Program-made: the position numbers and the translations under genes
Part shown: piece by piece, positions 36,973-50,388 of the stretch
Layout of the letters: every line of letters begins with the position of its first letter
Numbering within the stretch: the stretch's first letter is position 1
DNA from: Callorhinchus milii
Lineage: Eukaryota
DNA length: 64,000 nucleotides
Direction of reading: 5' to 3'
Assembly (NCBI RefSeq): GCF_018977255.1
Contig: NW_024704742.1
Location: 81,718,001 to 81,782,000, forward strand
Notes under the pieces: generated by a model
What the model saw: the letters and a program-made list of their open reading frames with translations, nothing else
The model's database searches: none
What the model was told of the DNA's origin: nothing

Positions 36973-37860
36973 TACATAAGAGCATAAGACTTAGGAGCAG
37001 GAGTAGGCCATTCGGCCCCTCGAGCCTGCCCCGCCATTTGATAAGATCATGGCTGATCTTCAGACCTAACTCTAATTACCTGCCCTATATCCCATATCCC
37101 CTAATCCCTCTATTTTATAAAAATCTATCAGTCTCAGCCTTGAAGATGTTCAAGGACTGAGCATCTACAGCCTTCTGTGGTAGTTTATTCCATAAATTCA
37201 CTATCCTCTGAGTGAAGAAATGTTTCCTCAACTCTGTTCTAAAAGGCTGACCCTTAATTTTAAGACTGTGACCCCTGGTTATAGATTCTCCTACCAGGGG
37301 AAACAGACCCTCAGTGTCTACTTTATCCAGCCCTTTAAGAATCTTATATGTTTCAATAAGATCCCCCCTAATTTTTCTGTACTCTAGAGAATACAGCCCT
37401 AGTTTATTCAGCCTATCCTTACAGGTCAGTCCCCTCATCCTAGGAACTAACCAAGTGAATCTACGCTGCACCCCCTCGAGGGCAAGTATGTCCTTTTTTA
37501 AATAAGGAGACCAAAACTGCACACAATACTTTAGGTGCGGCCTCACCAAGGCCCTATGCAGTTGCACCAATACTTCCCTACTCTTGTACTCTAAACCTTT
37601 TGCAATGAACGCTAACATGCCGTTCGCCTTCTTAGTTGCTTGCTGCACCTGCAAACTAACTTTTTGAGACTGGTGTACAAGGACACCCAAATCGCTCTGA
37701 ACACTAACACTATCTAATTTCTCCCCCTCTAGAAAATAATCTGTTCTTCTGTTTTTTCTACCTAGGTGAATAACTACACACTCCCCCGCATTAAATTCTA
37801 TCTGCCACCTACTCGCCAACTCCCCTAACCTATCTATATCCCGTTGCAATCCTTTTGCAT
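36973..37860 (-). mobile_element. 5'-truncated CR1 LINE with open ORF2 C-terminal frame
   Basis: 244-aa ORF 37115-37849: QRDIDRL..WQIEFN..DLGVLV..KKANGMLAFI..LVRPHLKYCVQFWSPYLKKDILALEGVQRRFT..RGDLIETYKI..TRGHSLK..FFTQRIVNLWN; CR1 3' stem-loop and (TCTTATG)-type tail. Confidence 0.96.
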
Positions 37861-39994
37861 AATAGTAAAAAATAGCATGGCTGAAAGTTGATGAAAACCT
37901 ACCTCAAATTATTCCTTAATTTCCATTAGAAACAGCTTTATTAGAGAAGCTCCTTTGTGATCTGAGCGGTGCATATTTTCAAATGCAATGATTGTGATTT
38001 ATGGGTATTTGTGTAACAGATTATTTACATGCTGTGCTTGCACTTTCCCATCCCCTACTTCGCTAATCAAAGTTCCTTTTCTGTTAATAATAATAATATT
38101 CCTTGTGTTTGATATAGCGCCTCATCAAATTGTTGAGAGAACTCAAAATTCTTCACGGAATTTACTGTAAAGTGAATTGACTATTATATTTTGTGGGCAA
38201 AACAAAGAAACATGTTGTTGAATGTTACATGCACTGAAGAAATCCATACCATAATTTTGCTTGTGCCTCCTTTAAGATGTAGGATTTCAATAGCTTTCAG
38301 AGCTGAACTTAGACAAAAAAATGACCTGGGTATAGTAAAGAAAACAGTCTATATTTAGAGTTTTAATATGAGGCAGGTGAGAGAAGCTCAGAGCTTCATG
38401 CATTTTGCACTATGACATTTTGTTGCAAATGCCTTGAAGGTATTGAAAATAATTGGTGACCATCTTTGTTGTTTTTTCCTCCCTTGGCACTGAAGCCAAG
38501 GTCTGTCCTTACAGCCTGTGACTGGGCACTAAGAAGTGATTATGATGAAGCCCAGAACACATGTCACAAGCGAATATCTGTCCTCACATCAGCTACATGT
38601 GGGATGAATATCACTGACAGATTGAAGAGCTATATTTTACAGGCAAATAATTGGACAACTCGTCTGCCAATGTGAGCAGGTGTATGTCAAAAATCGAGAC
38701 AGCAGAACACAGCAACATATTATAGGCAGAAGTAATAAAGTAGTAACATTTAATTCTAGGTACGGTACCTAGAATTTTCTTTACCAAGATCTTCAGTATT
38801 TATGTGCATTCAGCTGAATTAAAGTGATTAAAATGGAAAATTATGTAGCGATCAATAATAAGTGTCAGTAATATTCTTGCTGAATTCCTGCTGAGTGCAA
38901 TATTCCACTGACAGTAGGATTCACAGGAATTCAAACAGTGATGCTTTGATAACACAACAATTATTCAGTGTTTAAATAGATGATAAGGCTAATTTATGCC
39001 ACTTCAACATTGGGGTCTAATAGAAGTTGGTTTTGTGAAGTCTGGCCTTTTGGTTCATGAATTTGACAAAGTACACTGTAAGAAATTTTAGATTTATTTG
39101 GCACCTTTCATGGTGGGAAGACGTCCCTAGACATTCAATAATCCTGGCTGGGCACCCAAACTAGGGGATGGGAGCCAAGAGGGGTTAGAGGAGAAAGGTG
39201 ACCGAAAGCGTAATCAAAAAGGTAGGTTTTGAGGCAGTCCTTGATTGAAATGAGGGAGGGAGAAAGCTGGATGGAGTTCAAGAGAGTAGTTACAAAGAAA
39301 CAATCATGAATGTGTTAACCCTGTAAGTGAGCTCAGCTTTCCCAGAGTCAATGCTACTAAGCAGCAGAAAACGTCAATGGTGATCCTGAGGTGCTGCCTT
39401 TGGGGGTACAGACAAAGCCACACATGCCTATGGAGGCAGCTGGGACTCAGCAGCACAGGCAGCACGAGAGTAAAGTTAGTGGAAATTGATTACTTTTCTC
39501 ATTTTTGTCTGTTCATGTCGACGATTATTTTTCAGTTTTGTTTGATGTTTATTGGTATCCGACAAAACAAATAGTCGATTTCCTGGATATCAGGTCACCT
39601 GGAATGGATATCACTTCCTCTATGCTACTTATAATAATAATATTAATAATAATAATCTTTATATTTGGTTTAGCTCCTTTGATGTTGGGAGTACACCCTC
39701 AAGCCGTTCACACTGTAAAGTGTAGTGACTATGTTTTGGGGGCAAATGCCGCAGCCAAGTTGCATACCATAATGTCCCACAAACAGCCATGAAGTGAATG
39801 ACCAAATTAATTTATGGAATGTTGGCCAAAACACCAGAAGAAACTCCCTCCATGCACATTATGTGCAGGAAGCGTCACTAACATCGCATATGGAATACAG
39901 ATCAGTTTGGTTGCTGACTCCTGATCACTATCAATGACCTCTGCTGGAAAGTGCAGGAGAGGGGATATCAGGTACCATGGAGGAAGGGGAAGTG

Positions 39995-40410
39995 CTCTTC
40001 GTGCCCAGTGTTAGAGGAATGAGCTATGAGCGATGATTAGACAAGCTAGGGCTCTTCAGGCTAGAGAGAAGCCAACTCAGAGAAGACCTTATAGAGTTGT
40101 ATAATATTTTAAATGGAGTTGAAAAAGTAAACATAGGACAATATTTTGGGATGCACCAAGACAGTGGAGCAAGAGGTTATATGTTTAGAGTTGCAAAGGT
40201 CAATTTCAGGACAGATACCAGAAAGTGTTTATTTACCAGAGGATAATTAACAACTGGAACGGGTTGCCAAGGTTGCCAGGAAGAGTGGTTCAGGCCAAGA
40301 CGGTGGGACTCATTTAAAAAAGCAGCTTAGTGCTGTGATGGGAAGATGGTAGGGTGAGCATCTTGGAAGGATGAGATAAGATGAGTTAAAGGGCATTCTT
40401 CAACCAAATC
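39995..40410 (+). mobile_element. CR1 ORF2 3' fragment, degraded
   Basis: Translates as LDKLGLFRLERSQLREDLIELYNILNG; a short sister fragment lies at ~51425-51475. Confidence 0.8.
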
Positions 40411-40818
40411 CATCTTATTATCTTGCGGGAGAAGACAGGGGTTGCAGTGTTATGAATGCTGGATGTTCAAGAGCTTATATAGATCAGAACTAGGGAGTCT
40501 GCAGAGCATAATGTTGGAATAATTGAGCTTGGTTACATTGAAGTGTCACTGAAGGTATCTGCTTCTTGGGAAAGAGGTTATGGGTTTGTCCAAGGTTTTG
40601 AAATAAGTTTACAATTTTTTTTATTATTATTAAGGCAACATCAGTGTTTATGCCTCAGTAGCAATGTTGTTTTGCTACTTTGATTCAAATCATTCCAAAT
40701 CATTTTTTTTCTGCAGGCCTTCCTTCATATTCCAAATCTCATTTTCTACAATTACCAGATCCTTTCAATGCTATTTGTTGGTTTGCTGCAAGAAAATATA
40801 TTTTCCAATTTTATATAT

Positions 40819-41070
40819 AGGGCGAAACCTTGGGCAAGTTTCCTTACTCCACACGCCTAATAATAATCCCTCCAAAAAAAAAACAATAATAAATTGGTAA
40901 TTTTCAATCCACGACTGTTTGTGGGACATTGCTCTGCACAATTGGCTGCCGTGTTCGCCCACAAATATACAGTCAATTCACTTTACAGTATATTCTGTGA
41001 ACGCTTTGGGACGTCTAGAAGACGTGAAAAGCGCTATATCTAATGCAAGGATTATTATTATTATTATTAT
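40819..41070 (+). mobile_element. Young SINE lacking tRNA head
   Basis: Starts 'agggcgaaaccttgggcaag', ends (ATT)n. Confidence 0.92.
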
Positions 41071-43080
41071 ACTCCTTCACCATACAGATCATCCAGACAC
41101 ACTGAAACGTAGTTCATATGTGCCAGCATTTGGTTCTATTTTGGTAACTGAGATTGCTCGCTATAAGTCAAGCATCATCTTTCTGCTTGGTAAACTAGTA
41201 AATTGGATATATTCAAGCTAACTGCTATTGGATAGCTTAACATGCTGCTTGCAGTAAAAAGCAATGGAACTGAATATTTGCCAGTAGTGGCTTAACCCTT
41301 TCAGTGCCTTTATGCTCACAATATAGGGTTTATAATTTCCTGTGGTTTCCAAATCAATGTAACTGTATTATCGGTGTATCTCAGTGCTGTAGTTCAGTGG
41401 GTGTTCTTCACCTGAGCAGCACACTCTGTAACATGGCATGTTGACAAAAGCCCTACAAAGAGGCATTTTAGAAGATTTGCAACTTTACATTCCTTAATAA
41501 CTGTTAGCTTAGATCACTGGTGGTCAATTGTGGACCGCAGGGCAATCGAGAAGCGGCCCCCTCTGAACATTTGCATGGGTCTAGTTAAGAATGTGTTCGA
41601 TTGGTAGTCTGTTTTCTTCATTGAATAATTTTTGTCTTAGGCATCAATCAAGAAATATTCAATCAAGAAAATGTATTTTGTTGGCCAACTATAAAGGTTG
41701 GCCACATGTTTAGGTTACATTTTACCTGGGTGCTGCAAGCATTATCATTATGAATACCAAGCTCTATTTTACTATGTGGATAAATATACATCCTGACAGG
41801 TCTGACCACTGCTACTTTAAAAATGTTCTGTAATATATGTCTCCCAAAGTTTATGAGTTACCAATTTGGAGCCATGTGCTCCCTGTCACCTGCTAAAGTT
41901 AAATTACTTCTTCGAGACTTTCCTGAGCTGAAGAAATCTAATGTAGATCTGAGAGTATGCTGAGGCCAATGTATGGTCATTCTTCAAGCTCTTGGATAGA
42001 TTAGGTTAGCCTCAGTCCAGAGTTTGTTGATTTTAAGGTTGTTCTATCTTCATGACTTCTGAGCTCCAATGAAGCAAGACATCTTACTTTAGAAGTGATC
42101 CATCAGACACAGTGTACGCTTCAAGCAATGTACAATGAACGAGGCATAAGGTGGCAGACCTTCCTTCTTGGATCCGATGGGAAACTTGACTCTTAACTTT
42201 CATTTTTTGGCTTTGCAGCAGTGGCAGGACGCCATATAGATGCTCAGCCACCACTCACCATCCCCCCACCCCCACCCATCAGTTCTTAGTAATCGCGTGT
42301 GCATGGGTGAAGCTTCGAACTTGCGCACAACTCAATTTTATTTTCTGTTAGTTCAAAAACAAGTGTCAATATTTTATACAGTGTAGGGTTCATCAGATAA
42401 AGTGACAGAATAGACATAGAGATGGAGAAAATATATATTATACATAATATACATGTGTATATATATATATAGAGAGAGAGAGAGGGTGGGTGGGTGAGTG
42501 GGGGCAGACTGCAGTACATGATAGCCTCAAAAGGGTTAGGGACATTACACAGGAATTGGTTTAGCCTCTGCCCGCTCCACTGTTGAAGCTGCTATGGTTC
42601 TATGAGCTACTGTCGTTCATCGTGAATGTAATCCAACTCAATTCACCTCCTACGGAATAGGGAAACAAGTAAAAATCCATACAACATCTCACTAATGTTG
42701 TATCCTACATTATGTCTTCTTGCCTGGTTGCAATCATGACACTTCCATGATCCCAGCAGCTCTGGAACTTTCATATTTTACACAAGATTCAATCATAACT
42801 ATCTGTACTTAACATTAATACCCTCAATCCTACTCCTAACCAGATATTCATCCAGGTCTTTATAAAGGTGTTAATGAACATAGCATTAACTGCTGATCTG
42901 AGAATATCTTCCCCATATACATGACTCTATGGGAAAATATCAAATACTTCAGATCTTGTCTTGCTTACGTATTCTTAATTTTATACTTATCTCTTTGCGT
43001 TCTCCACTTGTGCAAACAATGAAATTAGACACGTATTTATTATTATTATTATTTGCTACTATTATGGCTCAATTTATTAA

Positions 43081-43390
43081 TGTAGAGTCCTGTAGCTCAG
43101 TGGTTAGAGCACTTGTCTCGCAATCAGAAGCCTGGGTTCGATCCCCAGCGGGACAAAAATCTGGGCAAGTTTTCTTATTCCACATGCCTGATAACAATCT
43201 CTCAAGAAAAAAAATAATAATTTGGTCACTCAATCCGTGACTGTTTGTGGGACACTGATGTGTGTAATTGGCCGCCGCGTTTCACCTACAAATATACAGT
43301 CAATTCACTTTAGGGTATATTTTGTCAAGCGCTTTGAGACGTCTAGAAGACATGAAAAGCACTGCATCAAATTGCAAGGAATATTTTTTT
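43081..43390 (+). mobile_element. Young SINE, full-length short form
   Basis: Head 'gagtcctgtagctcagtggttagagcac', B-box 'gggttcgatccc', family body and tail. Confidence 0.9.
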
Positions 43391-43544
43391 TTGAAGGAAT
43401 TATTACCCCCAGAAAAGTGATCTGATAATAATGATAATAATCCTTGCATTTGATATAGCGCCTTATCATGTCTTTGAGATGTCTCAGGTTCTCTCGTTTG
43501 CGAGGCGAGTACTTTAACCGCTACACTATAGTACATATGCACAA

Positions 43545-43683
43545 AGACACACACAGACTCACACACTCACACACACATATTGACTCCACACACACTAACT
43601 ACACATACACACACAGACTCACACACACACACCCACAAAGACACACACTGACGACACACAGACACACACACACAGACACACAA
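43545..43683. repeat. Imperfect (CA)n microsatellite
   Basis: Directly visible CA/CAGA run. Confidence 0.95.
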
Positions 43684-43707
43684 TGGACTAACAACTGGGT
43701 TCCTACT

Positions 43708-43863
43708 AAATAGATCATTATTTGGGGAGGACAAGTTTGCAGGGCTATGGAGAGACAGCAACGGAAGTGTAGGATTATTTGGATTGCTCTTTTCAAAGAG
43801 TCAGCACAGACACGATGGGCCAAATGGCCTCCTTCTGTACTGTACAATTCTATGATTCTATGA
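43708..43863 (+). mobile_element. CR1 LINE 3' end
   Basis: 'gatgggccaaatggcctccttctgtactgtacaattctatgattctatga', CR1 hairpin plus (ATTCTATG)n tail. Confidence 0.88.
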
Positions 43864-45466
43864 ACTGCTAGGTAAACAGAGGGCGTGCGGAATAAGGAAA
43901 CTTGCTTAGGGTTTCACCCCACCCCCAGGGATCAAACCCAGGGCCTCTCATTTGCGAGGTGAGTGAGCTATCTACTACACTATAGGACTCTGATAGACAG
44001 AAGAAGTGGGTAGTAGACAGTATAAGGATGGATAGCCACTGAAGTACGAAGGCATAGAATGCATAGGAAGAAGCAGTGAGCGGTAAGTGTCAAAAGAGAA
44101 AGGAAGGCGGAAAGACAACACAGCAGTAGCAATAGAGTGAGTGGAGCGGAAATCAAGCATGCCATATGAGTAAATTGTTGAGCAGGGAATTTTATTGATT
44201 GGTTTGACAGCCTTGAGGCAAATTATTTATTTAATATTTTATTGTGTCAATGTGTTGTATGAAAAAACAATTGATTTTTTGTCCATTTAAGGACTTTTAC
44301 TCGAGGGAGAAATGGTAATTATTTATTTGCTAGTTTATTGTAGCAAATGGCAACCAGGGACAGCCTGTATTGGTAGTTATGAATGTCAAATCAAAGATGG
44401 AGGTGAGAATTCAGTAGAACTAATAAGTGAGAAAGTTATCAATTTGTCCATGATTGCCAATAAAGCCAGTTGCTTCACCAATACTGCAGGGAGCAAATGA
44501 AGACAGTTTAAGTGGACGATGGATAGAAACTGATAGAAGAGATTGATTGGGGCATTATTTTGGAGGGGCTAAGCAAGATATAATCGGCGAACCATTTATT
44601 AATAATTTATTAAATTGTTCTGAGTGAATCCATCTGGCTCACGGGAGCTAACTGGGAATGATTTAGATGACAGTCCTATTAGGGAAGTATTTACTTATTT
44701 ATTGAATTGGTGAGTGTGCAGGAAGGCAGGTGGGTAAACCACCCAAGCCACAGTTAAGTGACTGGGGGCTTGGAAGAACAAAAAGGTGTCAGGAGAAGCT
44801 GTTTATAACCCAGAGTATGATCGATTCCAATCAAAAGCACAAGAGTTCAAGGTTGAAAGAGGCACATGGCTGGTGACAGTATATTCAGATCCACTTGAAG
44901 ACCTAAGTCATAAAACAAAGGAAAAGATGAAAAAGAGTCATTTCTATATGTGCTGTTGTTTCCAATCTCTGAAGCACACACTTCTCTGTCATCCATCTCA
45001 GCCTCAGTCATGTACACTCTTCTCTTTTCTTTCTGCGCTTGGAGTGGGAGGGAAGCAGGGAATAAACAGTCTGGATTCTCGAAAGGGAAAAGTCCGAGTT
45101 TAATCCAAGGGATGGCTGGGACACACCTGTGCCCACCAACATTCCATAAGTTTCTCTCTCTCTTTGGGGAAGGAAAGGGCATCTGGGAAAACATTGAGAT
45201 GCTAAAGGGACATAAGGGAGCTCCAGAGTTATTGAAACATCAGGGGGCCAAAAAATTATCAGTGTATAAATAATGGGTGTAGGGGAAGTACATTTCATTT
45301 CTTGCAGCAAATCTTTTCCATAGAACTAATTTAATGGAAACAAAATCCTAAAAACATAACTGAACAACTGGCCAGTAGGAGCTCAACAATTGCAAAAGTC
45401 ATTAAACTGTATTGAGGTGACTGAATAAAATACTTCAATAAAATCATGAAGTGAATGACCAATTTT

Positions 45467-45680
45467 ATAGAGTCATACAATCCTAAGCAAAGAAGGAGGC
45501 CATTCATTTCATCGTGTCTGTGCTGGCTTTTTGAAAGAGCTATCCAACTAGTCTCACTATCCCACTGTTTCCCCATAGCCCTGCAATTTTTTTTCTTTTC
45601 AAGTAAATATCCAAATCCCTTTTAAAAATTATTATTGAATTTGCTTCCATAACCCTTTCAGGCGGTGCATTCCAGATCAT
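45467..45680 (-). mobile_element. CR1 LINE 3' end
   Basis: Reverse complement resembles 43708-43863 and 6250-6415. Confidence 0.82.
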
Positions 45681-45728
45681 GACGATAATTTACCTGGGGC
45701 ATTGTTATGCTGTTTTTGATTATCTCTC

Positions 45729-46107
45729 AGTCCTGTAGCTCAGTGGTTAGAGCACTTACCTCGCAAGCGAGAGATCTGGTTTCAATTCCTGGCAGGGCAA
45801 AATGTTGGGCAAGTTTTCTTACTCCACACACCTCTGTTTACCCCTGCAGTAAGTAGGAACCTGTTTTTTAGTCGATTGGTGGATCACTTTTCCGGGGATA
45901 ATAATTCCTTCAAAAAAAATTATAATAATAAATTGATCACTTCAATCCACAACTGTTTTGTGGGATACTGCTGTGTGCAATTAGCTGCCACATTTCGCTC
46001 ACAAAATATAGTCAATTCACTTTACAGCATATTCTGTGAAGCACTTTTGAAACGTCTTGAAACCATGATAAGACGCTATATCAAATGCAAGGATTATTAT
46101 TATTATC
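45729..46107 (+). mobile_element. tRNA-Ala SINE, long form (extra ~65-bp segment at ~45834-45898)
   Basis: Same head and tail as the short form, plus 'ctgtttacccctgcagtaagtaggaacc...gatcacttttccgggg'. Confidence 0.9.
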
Positions 46108-48309
46108 TAAGCACAGTTACCAACTTGGAACAATATTGCTGGAAGCAAGGTAAGGCTTTTGAGATGTTTATTTTATGTAAGGAGAACTGCATGACTGCTA
46201 GTTGATGTTGTTGTTGTGTACCAGATTGCTATAGCAGGATCTAGGTAGATCAGGAAACAGAAGAAAATAACGTTAACAGGAAATAACATCACCTTTGGAT
46301 GCTGGGAAGAGAATTAAAAGTTGTAATTCTATCTGGGAGCCCTTGTGAAACTGCTCAAGGTTTGTTCCTGCAGTTTCTAACATCACCACCTGTACTCATC
46401 AACTGAACTACAACTTTATAACTTTCTCTCAATAAACTCCTGAATCTCAACCTAATATGGTCACTGAAGAGATTTACATTAATATAGATGTGAATAATAC
46501 AAGCTTATATGTTTAAAATATCTGTACGTTGTTCAATTATCTAGGAACTCACATGTTAGAACGAATTGTTCAATGCTTCCAACAGTTTTAATATGTATCC
46601 AGATATAATAATAATCTTGAATTGGTAATGCAACTTTCACATGGGGAGGCCATCTCAAAGCTTTTCATAGGATTTAGTGTAATGATTGTATATTTTGTAG
46701 GCAAACACAGCAGTCAACTTGCACTCAGATACATCCCACAAGCAAAATCTTACTGGATGTTAGTTTACATTTTATGGATGATCTCATTACAAAGACAGAG
46801 GAAACTGACTGCCACTTTTTTACAATCAGAAAAATTTGATGAGATCCATGTCACATCATGAGCCTGCAAATCAATGAAAGCTTTTGCCAAACAAGCTTTC
46901 AGAAGTAGGGCACTGTTTTGTTATGAACAAGATGGTTCTTGTGGTGCACAATTCTGTGAGGAGGATATACCTGACCAGTGTTTATTTGTTTCCTGAGGAA
47001 GTTAGTGGGGATATATTCTTTCAGAAGCTGACAGAAAGCAAATGGCTCTGCATTTAGCCCTGCAGCAAGAAATCCTTCCTTCCTCCTTTGTTTACTTCCA
47101 CAGCCAGTGAAATTAAACCCCACATAGTCACAGATTCCAACCTTTTTATAGGCTCTATTGCAACAAGATTGGAATACTCCAGACTCCATAACACATTCAA
47201 GCTGTTCCACAAATCATTCCATTTCACATGCAATATTAAGCTGGGTAATGATACTCAATAAGAACTTGGAGTGAGGCAGTGATTTGTTGAGATGCGTGTA
47301 ACAGCCCCGGTGGTCCGACAGCTCATAAAGCAATATAGATTGCCACTGATTTAAGATGGCATTCTCAATTCCTTGACATAGCCTAGCCCGTAAAATCTTT
47401 AATATACCTTAAAGCAAGTGGAGTCCCTCAAGAAACAGTATTTGGAAAACAATTTGAGATGCTGATAAAGTAAAATTTCATGATCACTAAAGCCAAGCAC
47501 TTTTGCAGAGAGAGAGAAAAAGTTTTCAGTTCGCACATTATTATAAGCATTTCAACTTTTACAATTTTTGAATCATATTGATAGCTGCATAAGTATTTCA
47601 GATATCCTACCTCCCACGCACCTTAGAGTGAAATGATTTGTTCCCATGGAATTTCAGCACTTTTTCATATAAAGTTATCAATCTGTATTTGCTCCCAACT
47701 TGTAGGTAATTACCTTTGGAACAAACACAACATTTAATGTGAAATTCAGAAAATCTGACCTATGTAACTGGTATTCTATTTTTCATTATGTTTTTATTCC
47801 CCATTTTCTTTCACTTTTCAGACAGATCCACCTTTTTTTAATATCAATTTCGCTCCTTGCACAAGAATCTCTGTCTCTCTCTTTTTCTCCATTGCATTCT
47901 TTCTTTTCTTGCTTTGACCAAAACAGGTAAATACTACATGTCAGTACTCAGACTGAGATCCTGGCAGGAAAGTGGCACTGAAAGTTAGGGAAAAAATCTT
48001 GAATTACACAAGCATGTACTGTAACTGGAGGTGGGAGTTTTCCTGAGTACTTGTTTGAACCCGCAGGAAGAGGTAATGTCTGATTATTCAGCAATCTGAT
48101 GCACATGCGGCTTGCACTACAGAAAGCCCTTCAACCAATCTGATCTCACCCATTCAGAACACCCTGCCTAACGTCACAGCACCAAGTTTCTTTTTAAATG
48201 AGTCCAGTGACCTGGTCTCAATCACCCTTCCTGGTAACCTGTTCCAGTTATTAATTATCCAGGAAGAAATGCTTCCTGGTGTCTATCCTGAAATTGCTCT
48301 TTACTCTAA

Positions 48310-48600
48310 CCCCCGACCCACCCGCCCCACCATTGGCGGGAGAGCCTTCAGCCACTCTGCCCCCAACCTCTGGAATTCCATCCCGCAGTCACTCCACCTC
48401 ACCCCCTCCTTAGCCTCCTTCAAGTCCTGCCTCAAGACCCTCCTTTTCGACCATGCCATCAGCCACCCCCCTTCCTCTCCCTCCCTTCCTCCCCCAACCC
48501 CAGCTGGGGTCTGAAATGCTGTACTCTGTCCAGCGCCTTGGGATGTCCTCCTAATGTGAAAGGCGCTATACAAATGTAATCTTGTTGTTGTTGTTGTTTG
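48310..48600 (+). mobile_element. L2 3' end
   Basis: ORF 48269 RPTIGGRAFSHSAPNLWNSIPQSL..FKSCLKTLLF; (GTT)n tail. Confidence 0.9.
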
Positions 48601-50282
48601 TACTTTTGTTCTACTGTCTCGTAGATCTGAAAGTATGTTGTTTTGGGTTTGTTTTTTCAATCTCGTTTCACAGTCAGGGCTAGAATGAAACAGACAAAGT
48701 AAGAAAGGTAAAGGCAGCCAGAATAAGAGAGGGAGAAAAACAGAGAGCCAGAATAAAATGATCAGAGTGACAGCAACAATAACAATTTTCATTTACATAG
48801 TGGCTTCTTTGCCTGACTCCAGCTTCCGATCACTCTTTGAGCCATCCTATAGTTGACTAAACACATGATAACTTAATATCCACAGTTTCATAGTCACAAC
48901 AGGATCAGCCACAACTATTGCAGATAGTTTGCTCTCTACAGTATTACCAAGGTCATTGGTATTGCACCCACAGAAAGGGTTTATTTTCCTCCAAAAAAAT
49001 TTCTAATACTTTTCCAGGACTTCAAGAATGAAACTCCTTTATCTCTCTCAGCCATTCCATTCTGCTGTATACAGACTTTTCAACCCAGGTTTAGCATCAT
49101 TTGACTTTACTCTTTCTAATTCCTCTCAATTTTGATGATGCTCTAATTTCCTTGTAATTGTGGGGTGGTGGGGGGAAGGGTTTAAGCAGAGTCTTTGTGG
49201 AGCTAAGAAGGTTCTAAGGTGACCTGCTTGGCATTGCAATTGAGTCAACTCTCCGTGGCAGTCTCGGTAGTCCGTCTGACCATAAACTTGGTGCTGTTTA
49301 TCACAAAGTGTGTGGTCCTTAATCCAAGTTTCACAGTGATACGTAATACCCCAAATCACCAGATGCACATTTGAAAACCTTTCTGAATTCACATTACACT
49401 GCAGTCCCTCATAATTGTTACCAGGAGCTTAATATAAAATCAATATCTTTGAAAACTTAGAAAACTGAGAGCAGTTTTGTAATTAGTTCCCTTGATCCAT
49501 TCTGTACTACACATGCACACTGGAAAGAAACAACTCAGAGGGGATTTACAACTCTTAATTGGGACGGCGAAAGTGAACTGAAAAAAATGCTTAATATTAT
49601 TTTTTACAAAAATTCTTAAAGATATGGCAAGGCAGCAGGACAAGAAGACATGGGTTCAAGATTGTGAAGGGCAATTTTGGGAAGGCATTAGGACGCATTT
49701 CTTTACATAAGGGATGGTCAACAGTTTACCATGAAAGATAGTTGAGGTCAGGACATTGAACTTCATTAAGAATCTACGATTTTTTGGTCTGATACATGCA
49801 GAAACCCATTATGATGCTTAATAATATACAAACTAGTGGGATTTTCACATATGTTGTATCAGAGAAACAGTCAGGTGGGCATTCGGGAAGGATGAGATTA
49901 AATATAAATGCCTTACCTCTCATGATGGCTTTAGTAACTGATAAAAAGTATCATATGCCAAAAAATAAATTTGCTTCTTTTTTATAAAATGAAAGCATGA
50001 CATTTTCTGTTCTTATTTCAGTCTTTAATTTAAGCACTGACTGTGATTTGTAATAGGTTTATTTCAAGGAAAATGATTGTCCATCTATATTTTGCAGAGA
50101 TTTGATTTTGGGGGCATGGAGCAGTCACAAGGGTACATTGGGTTGTGTCTGTTCGCTAGCACGAACACACTGGAGCTAACATTGTTGAGGTCACTCTCAG
50201 GGGGGAGCATTTTGATTCACACCAATACACAACAAAACTGTCCAAATGTGCAGTGGTAAAAAAAATTCACCTGACAACCCTC

Positions 50283-50388
50283 GCTCGTATTTGAGCAAAG
50301 GGACCCTCAGCACAACAGCACAGCTTTCATTAGGGCAGTCTTGAAAGCTGTGCTGTTGTGCTGAGGTTCCCTTTGCTCAAATACGAGC
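50283..50388. repeat. Near-perfect inverted repeat (47-bp arms, 1 mismatch, 12-nt loop)
   Basis: 50283-50329 vs reverse complement of 50342-50388. Confidence 0.95.

Larger units (their letters stand above)
43392..43990 (-). mobile_element. Long-form SINE fragmented by nested insertions
   Basis: Pieces 43392-43422, 43681-43707 and 43864-43990 are collinear with the reverse complement of the long-form SINE at 45729-46107. Confidence 0.7.

Noticed and set aside
37115..37849. Longest ORF (244 aa) as a host gene
   Set aside because: It is the C-terminal part of CR1 ORF2, 5'-truncated, lacking the RT catalytic core and followed by a CR1 tail.
44786..45310. Overlapping ~100-aa ORFs
   Set aside because: No recognisable protein; the start resembles a decayed CR1 FFTQRV block; consistent with chance ORFs.
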